Below, piece by piece: positions 41,207-51,800 of a stretch of DNA of 64,000 nucleotides. The notes beneath the pieces are model-generated. The model saw only the letters and a list, made by a program, of their open reading frames with translations. It had not been told where the DNA came from and did no database searches. Positions within the stretch are counted from its first letter, which is position 1. Every line of letters begins with the position of its first letter. Both the position numbers and the translations under genes were made by a program. The DNA comes from an uncultured Alphaproteobacteria bacterium (GTDB lineage: Bacteria > Pseudomonadota > Alphaproteobacteria > Rhizobiales > Hyphomicrobiaceae). Location: positions 155,168 through 219,167 of the forward strand of contig CAWJZR010000022.1 of the NCBI GenBank assembly GCA_963847435.1, given 5' to 3'.

Positions 41207-42982
41207 TCAGCCAGCCAGCGCTTGCGGCTCGACGTCGAGGATGGCATCGGCCCCGGACGTAATGGCCGCCGCCAATCCAGGGGCCGTGACAGCGATATTC
41301 TCGGCGAAGAAGCGGGCATAAGCGATGGCGTTCGGGTGCCCTGGCTCCTGAGCTGCGGCCAGAGCGCCGCGGGCGAGGTAGATGCCGCCAGTTGCGATGC
41401 CGAAGAGGCGCAGATACGGCGCGGCACTGGCGAGCGCCGCGTCGGGGTTCGAAGCAAGGTTCGCCCCGATCCAATCGGTGGCCTCGGCTAGGGCCATTAC
41501 GGCCGCGTCGAGCCTTTCGCCCATGCGCCCGAACTCGGGATGGTTCGAGGCGCGTAAATCGCCGGCGGTGCTGGCGAGATCGGCAATGAAGTTACGGACG
41601 GTTGCGCCACCCTCGAGCGGCAGCTTGCGAGTCACGAGGTCAATGGCGTGGATGCCGTTGGTGCCCTCGTAGATCGGTAGAATGCGGGCATCGCGATAAT
41701 ACTGGGCGGCGCCGGTTTCCTCGACAAAGCCCATGCCGCCGTGGACCTGAACGCCGATGGATGCGACCTCGCATCCGATGTCGGTGGACCAAGCCTTGGC
41801 TACGGGGGTCAGAAGAGCTGCCCTGTGCGCCGCTGCCTGCTTCTCGCTAGCGTTTTCCGCCCGATGCGAGATGTCCAGCTCGCGCGCGGTGACGAGACAG
41901 ATGGCGCGCGCGGCTTGAGTCAGCGAGCGCATGGTCATGAGCTTACGACGAATATTGGGATGCTGGATGATCGGTGCCATCTCGCCGGCCGGCCCTTTGG
42001 TGGTGCGGCCCTGACGGCGGTCCTGTGCGTACTCGACGGCCCGCTGGGTCGCACGTTCGGCAATTGCGACACCCTGCACGCCGACGGCAAGCCGCGCGGC
42101 GTTCATCATGATGAACATCGTGGCAAGGCCACGGTTCTCGGTGCCGACGAGGTAGCCGATAGCGCCATCGTTCTCGCCAAAACTCATCACGCAGGTCGGG
42201 CTGCCGTGGATGCCGAGCTTCTCCTCGAGGCCGGCGCAAACAACGTCGTTGCGGGCGCCGCGCGAGCCGTCGGCGTTAACGAGATACTTGGGCACCAGGA
42301 ACAGTGAGATGCCCTTGGTCCCAGGAGGAGCATCGGGCAGGCGGGCCAGGACCATGTGGACGATGTTGTCCGTCATTTCGTGGTCGCCGTAAGTGATGAA
42401 AATCTTGGTGCCGAACACGCGATAGGTGCCGTCCGGCTGCTTGACCGCGCGGGTCTTGATGGCGGCCAAATCCGAGCCTGCCTGCGGCTCGGTCAGGTTC
42501 ATGGTGCCGGTCCACTCGCCGGCGACCATTTTCGGCAGATAGGTCGCTTTCAATTCCTCGGAGCCGTGCGCGTGCAGCGCGTCGATGGCGCCCTGTGTCA
42601 GCAGCGGGCAGAGCCCGAACGACATGTTGGACGCGTTCCAGATCTCGCAAACCGCCATCGCGACGACACCCGGTAGGCCCTGGCCGCCAGCGTCCTCGGG
42701 ACATGGCAGTCCCGGCCAGCCCGCCTCGGAGAACTGCTTGTAGGCGGCCTTCCAGCCGGCCGGCGTCTCGACCACGCCGTTGACGAGCTTGGAACCTGAC
42801 CGGTCGCCGGGCCAGTTCAAGGGATCGAGCACGCTGGAGGCGAACTTTCCGGCCTCGTCGACGATCGCACGCACGGTATCGGTGTCGAGCCCGGCGTAGA
42901 TTCCCAACTCGATGAGTCGGTCGAAACCCACGGCCGTCTTGAGCGAGAACAGGATGTCGTCTACTGGAGCCCGATACGGCAT
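41207..42982 (-). CDS. Acyl-CoA dehydrogenase (long form with C-terminal extension domain)
   Basis: Intact ORF. WTGTMNLTEPQAGSDLA..KIFITYGDHE..GIHGSPTC..YYRDARILPIYEGTNGIHAIDLV. ATG at 42982 with GGGGA upstream. Confidence 0.9.
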   Translation of the reverse strand: MPYRAPVDDILFSLKTAVGFDRLIELGIYAGLDTDTVRAIVDEAGKFASSVLDPLNWPGDRSGSKLVNGVVETPAGWKAAYKQFSEAGWPGLPCPEDAGGQGLPGVVAMAVCEIWNASNMSFGLCPLLTQGAIDALHAHGSEELKATYLPKMVAGEWTGTMNLTEPQAGSDLAAIKTRAVKQPDGTYRVFGTKIFITYGDHEMTDNIVHMVLARLPDAPPGTKGISLFLVPKYLVNADGSRGARNDVVCAGLEEKLGIHGSPTCVMSFGENDGAIGYLVGTENRGLATMFIMMNAARLAVGVQGVAIAERATQRAVEYAQDRRQGRTTKGPAGEMAPIIQHPNIRRKLMTMRSLTQAARAICLVTARELDISHRAENASEKQAAAHRAALLTPVAKAWSTDIGCEVASIGVQVHGGMGFVEETGAAQYYRDARILPIYEGTNGIHAIDLVTRKLPLEGGATVRNFIADLASTAGDLRASNHPEFGRMGERLDAAVMALAEATDWIGANLASNPDAALASAAPYLRLFGIATGGIYLARGALAAAQEPGHPNAIAYARFFAENIAVTAPGLAAAITSGADAILDVEPQALAG

Positions 42983-43082
42983 AGTTTCCCCGCGTGCATG
43001 CTGTGTTCCGATAACCCGCGACATTAAGCTGAAGCCCGGATTTGGGAAAGCGGCCAGAGGCCGAGGAAAAGGTGCATCCGAC

Positions 43083-44039
43083 GTGCGTGTGGTCGAGCCC
43101 AGCGAAGCCGCAATCCGCGAGGCCGGCCGCGTTTTGCGCGAAGCCGGATTGGTGGCGATGCCGACGGAGACGGTCTACGGCCTCGCTGGGGATGCGACGA
43201 ACGGACGGGCGGTCGCCTCCATATACGCTGCGAAGGGCCGTCCGTCATTCAACCCTCTGATCGTGCACGTTGAAAGCCTGGATCAGGCGAGCCGGCTCGG
43301 CACGTTCAGCGAAGCAGCATTACAGCTTGCCCGGGCTTTTTGGCCTGGCCCGCTGACGCTCGTGGTACCGCGACGAGGCGACAGCGGCATCGCTGATCTC
43401 GTCACCGCCGGGCTCAATAGCGTGGCGATCAGAATGCCGAACCATCCCGTGGCGCTTGCGCTGATGGCGGCAGCCGGTCGTCCGCTCGCGGCGCCGTCCG
43501 CGAACCGTTCGGGCCGTCTCAGCCCGAACTGGGCCGAGGACGTGGCGGCGGAGTTCGGCAACGAGGTCGCGATGGTACTCGACGGGGGCGCCTGCCCGCA
43601 CGGCATCGAATCCACTGTCGTGGATGCGACGGGCGAAAGCCTTGCCCTGCTGCGTCCGGGCGCCGTCACTGCCGAAGCGATCGAAGCGGTCACGGCCAAG
43701 CCGCTCGCGCGGGGCGGCCAGGTCTCCACGCGGCCAAATGCACCGGGTCAGCTCGAAAGCCACTACGCCCCGTCGGCGCGCGTGCGGTTGAACGCGACAA
43801 CGGTGGCGCCTGACGAGGTGCTGCTCGCCTTCGGTCCGCATTCGCTCGCGACCAACGGTCCGGTGCAGAACCTCAGCCGGGATGGCGATCTCGTGGAAGC
43901 GGCTGCCAATCTGTTCGTACAGTTACGCGCTCTGGACGCAACTGGCGCGAAAACCATCGCCGTGATGCCGATCCCACATGGTGGCCTCGGCGAGGCGATC
44001 AACGATCGGCTACGCCGCGCCGCGGCACCGAGGCCTTGA
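43083..44039 (+). CDS. tsaC: L-threonylcarbamoyladenylate synthase (Sua5/TsaC family, long form). The GTG start is tentative.
   Basis: LVAMPTETVYGLAGDATNGRAVASIYAAKGRPSFNPLIVHV..FWPGPLTLVV..VAIRMPNHPVALAL..PLAAPSANRSGRLSP..STVVD, plus a Sua5 C-terminal domain. Confidence 0.85.
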   Translation: MRVVEPSEAAIREAGRVLREAGLVAMPTETVYGLAGDATNGRAVASIYAAKGRPSFNPLIVHVESLDQASRLGTFSEAALQLARAFWPGPLTLVVPRRGDSGIADLVTAGLNSVAIRMPNHPVALALMAAAGRPLAAPSANRSGRLSPNWAEDVAAEFGNEVAMVLDGGACPHGIESTVVDATGESLALLRPGAVTAEAIEAVTAKPLARGGQVSTRPNAPGQLESHYAPSARVRLNATTVAPDEVLLAFGPHSLATNGPVQNLSRDGDLVEAAANLFVQLRALDATGAKTIAVMPIPHGGLGEAINDRLRRAAAPRP

Positions 44040-44042
44040 AAC

Positions 44043-44279
44043 TCAGCTTTGGTTGCCGCGCCGGTTGGGCCAATACTTAGCGTCGATGCCGTGCATGCAG
44101 GCTCGCCACTCGTTCTCGCAACTGTCGCACAAAGGGCTGTGGGCTGGCGGTCTCGCACCGCCGAGACAGGCCGAGATGCGGCCGTGGCAATCGAAGCAGG
44201 CTTGCTGCCATTCGGCACACTTCTCGGCCGCATTCGGGAGCGGGTTTTCCTTGGGGCAGATCATGCCCGCGTATTTCAT
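44043..44279 (-). CDS. Small Cys-rich hypothetical protein (78 aa)
   Basis: MKYAGMICPKENPLPNAAEKCAEWQQACFDCHGRISACLGGARPPAHSPLCDSCENEWRACMHGIDAKYWPNRRGNQS. This is the terminal part of the long ORF 44043..45029. Nine Cys residues. Confidence 0.4.
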   Translation of the reverse strand: MKYAGMICPKENPLPNAAEKCAEWQQACFDCHGRISACLGGARPPAHSPLCDSCENEWRACMHGIDAKYWPNRRGNQS

Positions 44280-44585
44280 GCAGTAGAGTGGTTTGCCGAT
44301 ATGGCATGCGGAGTCGGCACGGACAACTCCTGACAACCGGCCGCGGCCCAAAAGGCGAAGATTGCCGCGGCCAGCCACCGCGATACCGAACTCTGCACGT
44401 TGCAGTCTCCGACGATGCCAACTTCTGCTGCTCCGTCCCCACCGGTACGTCGCATGGGCGCCGCCTAGGGGCAAGCAATGCCTCGCGAAATGGTGCATGG
44501 GAACTCTCGCCGCGTGTCCGGCTTGCGCTGCTGGGATCAGGCAGTAGTGTGCGCGCGCAACGAACACTTCGAGAAAGCTGCCGCC

Positions 44586-46016
44586 ATGCCCGTGTCCTTC
44601 CCTCGCCCGTCGCCCGAGTTGATCGAGCGCTTCCGCGCTATCGTCGGTGCCGAGCACGCGTTGACCGATCCGGACGCGCAGCAGCCCTACCTTCGCGAGT
44701 GGCGCGACAAGTATGTCGGGCGGTCGGCGCTGGTGCTTCGACCTGCCTCGACGGAGCAGGTTGCGGCCATCGTCAAGCTGGCGGCGGAGACGTGCACGGC
44801 AATCGTGCCGCAATCCGGCAACACGGGCCTCGTCGGCGGGCAAATCCCGTTCGAGGCGGGTAATGAGGTCGTGCTGTCGCTTGCGCGGCTGAAAAAGGTC
44901 CGCGAGATCGAGGCGTCGGGGGCCTCGATGATCGTGGAGGCCGGTGTCACGCTGGCGGATGCACAGGCCGCGGCGGAGAAAGCGGGGCGATATTTTCCGT
45001 TGAGCTTGCCGTCGGAGGGGACGGCTCAAGTCGGCGGAGCGCTGGCGACGAACGCGGGCGGCGTCGCAGTGCTGGCCTACGGCAACGCGCGGGCGTTCGT
45101 GCTGGGTCTCGAGGTGGTGCTGGCGGACGGACGCATCTGGAATGGATTGCGGACGCTCAAGAAGGACAACACGGGCTACGACCTGAAGAACCTGTTCTGC
45201 GGCTCCGAAGGGACTCTCGGGATCATCACCGCAGCCGCGCTCAAACTTTACGCGCGCCCTGCGGAGAAAGCGACCGCGATGGTCTCGGTCGAGAGCACGG
45301 ATGCGCTGACGAAACTGTTCCGGCTCTGCGAAGCGAAGGGCGGCTCCTCACTCACCGCTTTCGAGTTCATGTCCGACTTCGCGATGACGTGCGTGACGAA
45401 GCACGTGCCGGGAGCGCGGTTGCCATTCGCGGCGCCGGCTCCGTGGTACGTGTTGACGGAGTTGTCGAGCCTCAACGCTGACGGCTCAGCGGCGGCGCTG
45501 ATGGAGACGCTTCTGACCGAGGCTGTAGAGGAGGGATTGCTCACCGACGCGGTGATCGCGCAATCGATCGCTCAAGCGCGCGACTTCTGGCGGCTACGCG
45601 AAGAACTTTCCGATGCCCAGAAGCACGAGGGCGGCTCGATCAAACACGACATCTCGGTGCCGATTTCGGATCTGGCCGAATTTCTCGCCCGCGCCGACAA
45701 AGTCGTCGAGCAGGTTTGCCCCGGCGCACGTCCGATGCCGTTCGGGCATTTCGGCGACGGCAACGTTCACTACAACGTCACGCAGCCGCTGGAGATGGAC
45801 AAGGCCCGCTACCTCGACCTGTGGGAGCCGATGCAGAATGCGGTGCACGCCGTCGTCGTCGGTCTGAACGGTTCGATCTCCGCCGAGCATGGAATCGGCC
45901 GCATGAAGCGCGAAGAACTCATGCACGTTAAGAGCGATGTCGAGATGGACCTGATGCGGCGGATCAAGACCGTGATGGACCCGCAGGGGATCCTGAACCC
46001 GGGCAAGGTCGTGTAG
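44586..46016 (+). CDS. FAD-binding oxidoreductase, GlcD / D-2-hydroxyacid dehydrogenase family
   Basis: Intact ORF. LVLRPASTEQVAAIVKLAAETCTAIVPQSGNTGLVGGQIP..LKKDNTGYDLKNLFCGSEGTLGIIT..HFGDGNVHYNV..ISAEHGIGRMK. Confidence 0.85.
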   Translation: MPVSFPRPSPELIERFRAIVGAEHALTDPDAQQPYLREWRDKYVGRSALVLRPASTEQVAAIVKLAAETCTAIVPQSGNTGLVGGQIPFEAGNEVVLSLARLKKVREIEASGASMIVEAGVTLADAQAAAEKAGRYFPLSLPSEGTAQVGGALATNAGGVAVLAYGNARAFVLGLEVVLADGRIWNGLRTLKKDNTGYDLKNLFCGSEGTLGIITAAALKLYARPAEKATAMVSVESTDALTKLFRLCEAKGGSSLTAFEFMSDFAMTCVTKHVPGARLPFAAPAPWYVLTELSSLNADGSAAALMETLLTEAVEEGLLTDAVIAQSIAQARDFWRLREELSDAQKHEGGSIKHDISVPISDLAEFLARADKVVEQVCPGARPMPFGHFGDGNVHYNVTQPLEMDKARYLDLWEPMQNAVHAVVVGLNGSISAEHGIGRMKREELMHVKSDVEMDLMRRIKTVMDPQGILNPGKVV

Positions 46017-46080
46017 GCACGCGCCTCCGCTTATCGGCTGGAAGTGCAATAGGACTTGGATCGGCTCGGCGCCGACGCGG

Positions 46081-48585
46081 TCATGCCCGGCTTTCAGCCC
46101 GAGCCTGGGTCCCTCCGCCTTCGAGGGCCTTATCGGCCGGGCAAGCGAGGCGCCATACAAGGCCAGCCGGATCGTAAATCAGCTGAACCTTGCCACCGAC
46201 GCTCATTTGCGCCAGCGACGTCAGAACCGTCGTACCGAAGCCGCGGCGCACCGGCTTCTCGACCGGCGGTCCACCGCTTTCAACCCAGCCGATCCGCAAT
46301 TCGCCCTCTTCAAGGGTCCAAGAGATATCAACGTGGCCTTTAGCACTCGACAGCGCGCCGTACTTGCCGGCGTTGGTCGACAACTCGTGCAGAGCCATGC
46401 CGATCGACTGGGCGGCCTGCGCCCTCAACGTCAACGACGGCCCGGCAACGCTGATCCTCTTGCCGATTAGGTCGGCAAAGGGCGCCAACTGGACGCGCAC
46501 GACTTCAGCGATATCGATCCCTTTCCACTCGCTGTGCACGAGTAGATCGTGGTTGGCGGATAACGACTGGATGCGCTCCGCGAACCGCGCGACGAACTCG
46601 GTGGGCGACGCTGCGGCCGTCTGACGTGCAATCGCCGAGACGAGGCCGAGCATGTTCTTCGCCCTGTGATTGATCTCCAGCATCAAGAGGCGGATGTGAT
46701 GCTCCGAGTTCTTCCGCTCGGTGATATCGACGCCGGAAGGCACGATCGCGGTCACCGTGCCATCAGGCGCAACGATCGGCGCAGCCTGGAAATCCACCCA
46801 CCGCAGCTCGCCCCGACCATTCGCGTAGGGCAGGTCACAGCGGACGGTTTCGCCTTTGAGGCAGCGCGCGACGATGTCGCGCATACGCGCCGCGCCATCT
46901 GCCGTCGCCGACCACCAAGGCGCATCGGCGAGGTGCTTTCCGATGACGCTTTCGCGGGACGCACCGGAAATCTCCAAGGCTTTCGTATTTACCTCGGTAA
47001 TCAGCCCTGCGGAGTCGAGCAGCCCGATATAGGCGTTCACGGTGTTGATGATCTGGCTCAGCCGTTGCTCGCTTTCGCGAAGCTTTTTCTCGTTCAGCTT
47101 GCGCAGGGATATGTCGCGGATGAATGTCGAGGCGCCGATGAGTTTGCCCGCCGCGTCGTGCAATGGCGAGACGGTGACGGAAACATCGATTTCGTGGCCA
47201 TGCTTATCCAGCCGCACGGTTTCATAGTTGCGCACGCTTTCGCCCCGGCGCAGACGCGCGAATATCTCGTCCTCCTCAATCTGGCGGTCTGGGGGGAAGA
47301 GCCTACGGATCGGGTGGCCGACCATTTCCGCGGACGAGTAGCCGAACATGCGCTCGGCACTGGCGTTCCAACTGGTGATATTGCTGTTGAGATCTTTGCT
47401 GGCAATTGCGTCCGTGGACGACGTGACTATGGCCGCGAGGCGATCGCTGACCTGTTGAAGCCGCATTTGCGAACTATTGCGATCTTCGATCGCGCGCTCG
47501 AGCGACTTCCACAATTCGGCGATTTCGGGCGCTCCCGGCCTGAAATCGGGCGTCGATCCATCAACCAGCGCGTCCGCATTCTTTCGCAGGACGGCCAGGG
47601 GCTCCGTGATGCTTCGGGCGATCAGCCCCGCCAGCAACAGGCTCAACGCGAGCAGTCCGCAGCCGGAAAGAACCGTCCAGCGGATAGTCGACCAGGCACC
47701 CGCCATCAACGCGGTCTTTCTGACAGCAATACCGATTGCCCAGCCGCTCGCCTTCGACAGCGCGTTGCCTTGCACCACCGTGTCGCCCTCGAGCGATGCG
47801 AACTCGAAGACGCCTTCACGTCCCTGCACCGCGCGCCAGCCTTCGGATGCCAATTGCCCAACCTTGTCGTCCCGGTTCGGCACGCGGGCGACGAAACGCC
47901 CTTCCATGTCGATGATTCCGGCCAGCCAGCCCTCGGGCATCTCCTGGCCACTCAGAAGTTTCAGGAAGGCCGGAAGGCTCATGGTGACGGACAGGGCACG
48001 AAAAGGCTGCTGGTCCTTGAAGATCGGAATCTCGACCGTCGCAACCCAATCGTGGACGACGGTGCCGCGGCGAACGCCCGAAATTGTGAGAGTTCGCTGA
48101 TTGAGCGCGCGCTGTTGCGCTGCAATCCCCATGGGGCCCCGACGGACAAGCGGCCTCACGGCCGCTGCGGACGTATTCAGCAGTTGCTGCCCGTCAAGGT
48201 CGGCCACCAAGACCCACGCGTCGGCAACTCCGGTCAGGGTCTGGACAGCCTCCTTCTCGAAAGCATCCAGATTGTCGGCCAGCAAGGCGGGGGAGCGTGC
48301 GAGGCTCTCGGCGACCGCAATGTATTTGCCGAGTTGCGCGTCAACTCCGGCAGCGACCGATCGCGCGGTGTAAAGCAGGCTCGTCCGTTGGGCTTCGATC
48401 GTCGTTCGGGCCAGGTTCCAAACGACTGCGGCAATCAGCACGATCAGCGGCAACGCCACGGCTGCGACGAGCAGAGCGAGCCTCTTGCCGACGCTCCAGC
48501 GCTCGAATTCAAAGCCAGTCGTCTGCGACTTGGCAGTTGCCCGGCTTGTTCTCAAAAGATCGGCGACCGAAGTGGAGACACGCAC
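46081..48585 (-). CDS. Sensor histidine kinase: periplasmic Cache-like domain, HAMP, two PAS domains, HWE/HisKA_2-type kinase core
   Basis: Intact 834-aa ORF with two TM segments. PAS-like regions (ITSWNASAERMFGYSSAEMVG; GLLDSAGLITEVNTKALEISG). HRAKNMLGLVSAIARQT (HisKA_2). HELSTNAGKYGAL..GFGTTVL. Confidence 0.85.
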   Translation of the reverse strand: MRVSTSVADLLRTSRATAKSQTTGFEFERWSVGKRLALLVAAVALPLIVLIAAVVWNLARTTIEAQRTSLLYTARSVAAGVDAQLGKYIAVAESLARSPALLADNLDAFEKEAVQTLTGVADAWVLVADLDGQQLLNTSAAAVRPLVRRGPMGIAAQQRALNQRTLTISGVRRGTVVHDWVATVEIPIFKDQQPFRALSVTMSLPAFLKLLSGQEMPEGWLAGIIDMEGRFVARVPNRDDKVGQLASEGWRAVQGREGVFEFASLEGDTVVQGNALSKASGWAIGIAVRKTALMAGAWSTIRWTVLSGCGLLALSLLLAGLIARSITEPLAVLRKNADALVDGSTPDFRPGAPEIAELWKSLERAIEDRNSSQMRLQQVSDRLAAIVTSSTDAIASKDLNSNITSWNASAERMFGYSSAEMVGHPIRRLFPPDRQIEEDEIFARLRRGESVRNYETVRLDKHGHEIDVSVTVSPLHDAAGKLIGASTFIRDISLRKLNEKKLRESEQRLSQIINTVNAYIGLLDSAGLITEVNTKALEISGASRESVIGKHLADAPWWSATADGAARMRDIVARCLKGETVRCDLPYANGRGELRWVDFQAAPIVAPDGTVTAIVPSGVDITERKNSEHHIRLLMLEINHRAKNMLGLVSAIARQTAAASPTEFVARFAERIQSLSANHDLLVHSEWKGIDIAEVVRVQLAPFADLIGKRISVAGPSLTLRAQAAQSIGMALHELSTNAGKYGALSSAKGHVDISWTLEEGELRIGWVESGGPPVEKPVRRGFGTTVLTSLAQMSVGGKVQLIYDPAGLVWRLACPADKALEGGGTQARAESRA

Positions 48586-48683
48586 GTCCCATGCCTAATT
48601 GCGCGCCAAGTTACGCGCGTGAGGCCCTGATTGCGCGCGTGAGACCTTTCAGGCCTTCACGACTGCTGGCGGGCGATCAGAAA

Positions 48684-48713
48684 AGAGTAAGTGCCGAGTT
48701 TCTTCATTGTCAA
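48684..48713 (-). promoter_or_regulatory. Candidate sigma-70 promoter for the histidine kinase gene
   Basis: Minus strand: TTGACA (48708-48713), 18 nt, TACTCT (48684-48689). Confidence 0.3.
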
Positions 48714-48741
48714 GCCGACTGGGGCGATAGGGTTCACGCTT

Positions 48742-51188
48742 TCACCCTCTGATCTCGCCACCGGTCGCTTTTTTCACATCGGCGATGATCTTTTGCGAGA
48801 TGGCGTCGAGTTCCTTGTCGGTGAGCGTGGCCTTCGGCTGCAGCGTGACCTCGATCGCGAGCGACTTCTTGCCCTCGGCCGCGAGGCGCCGCCCTCGAAC
48901 AGGTCGAACACGGTCACGCCGGCGATCAGCGCCTTGTCGGCTGCCGCGGCAGCCTTGACGACATCGCCCGCCGGCACCTTGCGGTCGAGCAAGAACGCGA
49001 AATCGCGCCGCACGGGCAGCAGATCGGAGGTCGAGCAGAGCGGGCTTCGTCCGGCTTTTCTTTTTCTCCGGCGGCAGGGCGTCGAGAAACACCTCGAAAG
49101 CGGCGACCGGGCCGTCGACATCCAGCGCCTTGAGAGTCGCGGGATGCAACTCGCCGAAGTGGGCGAGCACGATCTTCGGCCCGAGCCTGAGCGTCCCGAC
49201 CGGCCGGGATGGAACCACGCCGGCGCGTCGCGCGTGATCTGCGCCTTGGCTTGCATCGAAGCCCAGCGCGGCCAGCACGGCGACCACGTCGGCTTTGACG
49301 TCGAACATGCCGGCGTCATCGGCCTTGCCACTCCAATGGCGGCCGGCACCGGCGAGCTTGGCGGTGCCAGCGCGAACGCCAGCCGCCGTGATGAACTGAT
49401 CTTCCGGCGCGTCGCCACGATAGGCTTGGCCGAGCTCGAACAGGGCGACGTCAGCGAAGCCGCGGTTGCGATTGCGTGCGACTGCTGTGATGCAGGCCTG
49501 CGAGCAGCGAGGCGGCCGCATCGACGACATCTCGATCGAGATCGGGTTCGCGAGTTCGAGCGCCTCGGCGCCGCCACCGAACAACGTCGGCCTGGAACGC
49601 GGAATGAACGACCACGTCATGGCTTCGATGAGCCCGCGCGCCGCCAGCAAGCGCCGCGCGCGGCGCGAACGGCGCTGGCGCTCGGTCAGCACGGGTCGCG
49701 CGACGCCAGTGCACGCGCGGCATCGGCGTCGCGGGCACGCGATCGAGACCGGCGATGCGCACGACCTCTTCGACGAGATCGGCGGCGCCGTGGATGTCGG
49801 GCCGCCACGTCGGCACGGTTACCTTGACGCTTTGCGCCTTTGCCGTCGATCGTGAAGCCGAGCGCCTCAAGCGTGCCGAGGATCTCGGTCTCGTCCAGTT
49901 TCATGCCCGTCAGCTTTTCGACACGCGCCGTGATCGAAGGCGATGACGCGCTGCTCGATCGGCTCCTTGCCGGCGACCTTGGCCTTCGAGGGCTTGCCGC
50001 CGCACAATTCCAGAATCATGTCGGTGGCGAGATCGAGGCCGGGGAGGACGAAGGCCGGATCGACGCCGCGCTCGAAGCGGTAGCGCGCGTCCGACGTGAT
50101 GCCGGCTTTGCGTCCCGTGGCGGCCGTGCGGAGGGGATCGAACCAGGCGCTCTCGATCAGCACGTTCTTGGTGTCGTCCGTGCAGCCGGTGGCCTCGCCG
50201 CCCATGATGCCGCCGAAGCCGAGCGGCGCCGTGTCGTCGGCGATGACGCACATCGGTCTCGTCGACGGCGTACTCCTTGCCGTCGAGCGCCACGAACTTC
50301 TCGCCCGGCTTGCCGAGCCGCGCGCGGATCGCGCCGTGCAGCTTGTCGGCGTCGTAGACGTGCAGCGGCCGGCCGCGGTCGTGGCAGATGTAGTTGGTGA
50401 CGTCGACGAGAGCGTTGATGGGCCGCAGGCCGACCGCCTTCAGGCGCTTCTGCAGCCAGTCGGGCGACGGGCCGTTGTTGACGCCCTTGACGTAGCGGCC
50501 GGCAAAGACGGGGCAGGCATTCGCGCGTCTCGGGCGTGAAATCGAGCTTGATGGCGACTGGGCAGTCGAACTCGCCTTCGACCTGTGCCTGAATTTGGGC
50601 TCCGGCTTCAGCTTGCCGAGGCCGGCCGCGGCAAGATCGCGGGCGATGCCGCGCACGCCCGTGCAGTCGGGGCGGTTGGGCGTCAGCTTCACCTCGATAG
50701 ACGGGATCGAGAGGCCGGCAGACGTCGATATAGCGGTGCGCCGACCTGGCCGCCCGAAGCCTCGCCGTCGAGCTCGATGATGCCTTCGCTATCGTCCGAG
50801 AGCTCGAGCTCGCGCTCGGAGCACAACATGCCGTTGGAGACGACGCCGCGCACCGGCTTCTTCTCCAGCGTGATCTTGGAGCCGGGAATGTAGGTGCCGA
50901 GCGGCGCGAACACGCCGAGCATGCCCGCGTGGCGTTGGCGGCGCCGCAGACGACCTCGACGGCGGCCTTGCCCTTGGCGATCTCGACCTGTGCACACCTG
51001 CAGGCTTGTCGGCGTTCGGATGCTGCTTGGCCTCGACGCACGCGCGCGACCGTGAACGCGCCGAGCTTCTTCGCCGGATCGTCGACGCCTTCGACCTCGA
51101 GGCCGATCGCCGACAGCTTCGTCGCGATCTCATCGAGCGAGGCTGTGGTGTCGAGATGATCCTTGAGCCAGGAGAGCGTGAATTTCAT
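48742..51188 (-). CDS. pheT: Phenylalanine--tRNA ligase beta subunit. Many frame switches as assembled.
   Basis: N-terminus [45 protein letters not shown]. Internal [27 protein letters not shown]-terminus [40 protein letters not shown]-stop. Confidence 0.9.
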
Positions 51189-51239
51189 GGGTCTTCTCGG
51201 ACGAATGAGCGGTCGGTTGCGAATAGGAACGATGGCACG

Positions 51240-51800
51240 CTAAGCCGTTTCAGAGCCCGCGCGTTCGAGCCAGCCCTTGTAGCGCAGAACGCGCCCGAGG
51301 AAAGGAAAAGCGACATCGATATCGAAGCAGAAGCGGTTGCCATTACCGCTTTCCAGGCAATCGATACGGGGGACCGACCAGGACGGCAGCGGCATGCCCA
51401 GCCACCGCCAACCGGCAAGCGTCCAGCGGAGGCCTCGGTGGCTGGGCTCAAGCCGGAACTGCAGGTCGAACATCCCGAAATGCTCGATGAGGCAGCCTGC
51501 CTCCCGCCCTGATCCGGCTTCCATGCGGCTGGCGTAGCGGCGATCCCCAAATCGCCGCTCCCAGCGCTCCGAGCCGCGGGGGACGGGGATGAATTGCACG
51601 GACACGGGCACGTCAAGACCCGGCTTGGGCAGGCCAGCGAACTTGCAAAGAAGCCACTTCATGGCCCCGGGCTCGGCGGTGATCTCGGCCCGGCCACTTG
51701 TCAGTGCTGAATGGCGCAACGCATGCAGCTCGCGCACGGGGGCGGGAAGGTTCGCGAACGCCGCTCCCAAGACGCGCTCAAAGGGTGTCGCCTCACTCAT
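51240..51800 (-). CDS. DUF4166 domain-containing protein
   Basis: Intact ORF. MSEATPFERVLGAAFANLPAPVRELHAL.. matches the typical DUF4166 N-terminus. The ATG overlaps the upstream gene's stop (ATGA). Confidence 0.65.
   Translation of the reverse strand: MSEATPFERVLGAAFANLPAPVRELHALRHSALTSGRAEITAEPGAMKWLLCKFAGLPKPGLDVPVSVQFIPVPRGSERWERRFGDRRYASRMEAGSGREAGCLIEHFGMFDLQFRLEPSHRGLRWTLAGWRWLGMPLPSWSVPRIDCLESGNGNRFCFDIDVAFPFLGRVLRYKGWLERAGSETA

Noticed and set aside
44280-45029. Upstream 250 codons of the 328-aa minus-strand ORF 44043..45029
   Set aside because: This part is antisense to the intact FAD-oxidase gene and is low-complexity. Only the last 78 codons, downstream of the oxidase start region, are kept as a tentative small Cys-rich gene.
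46666-48630. 654-aa plus-strand ORF
   Set aside because: It is entirely antisense to the well-supported histidine kinase gene. The translation is Arg/Gly/Pro-rich low-complexity sequence, as expected of antisense frames in GC-rich DNA.
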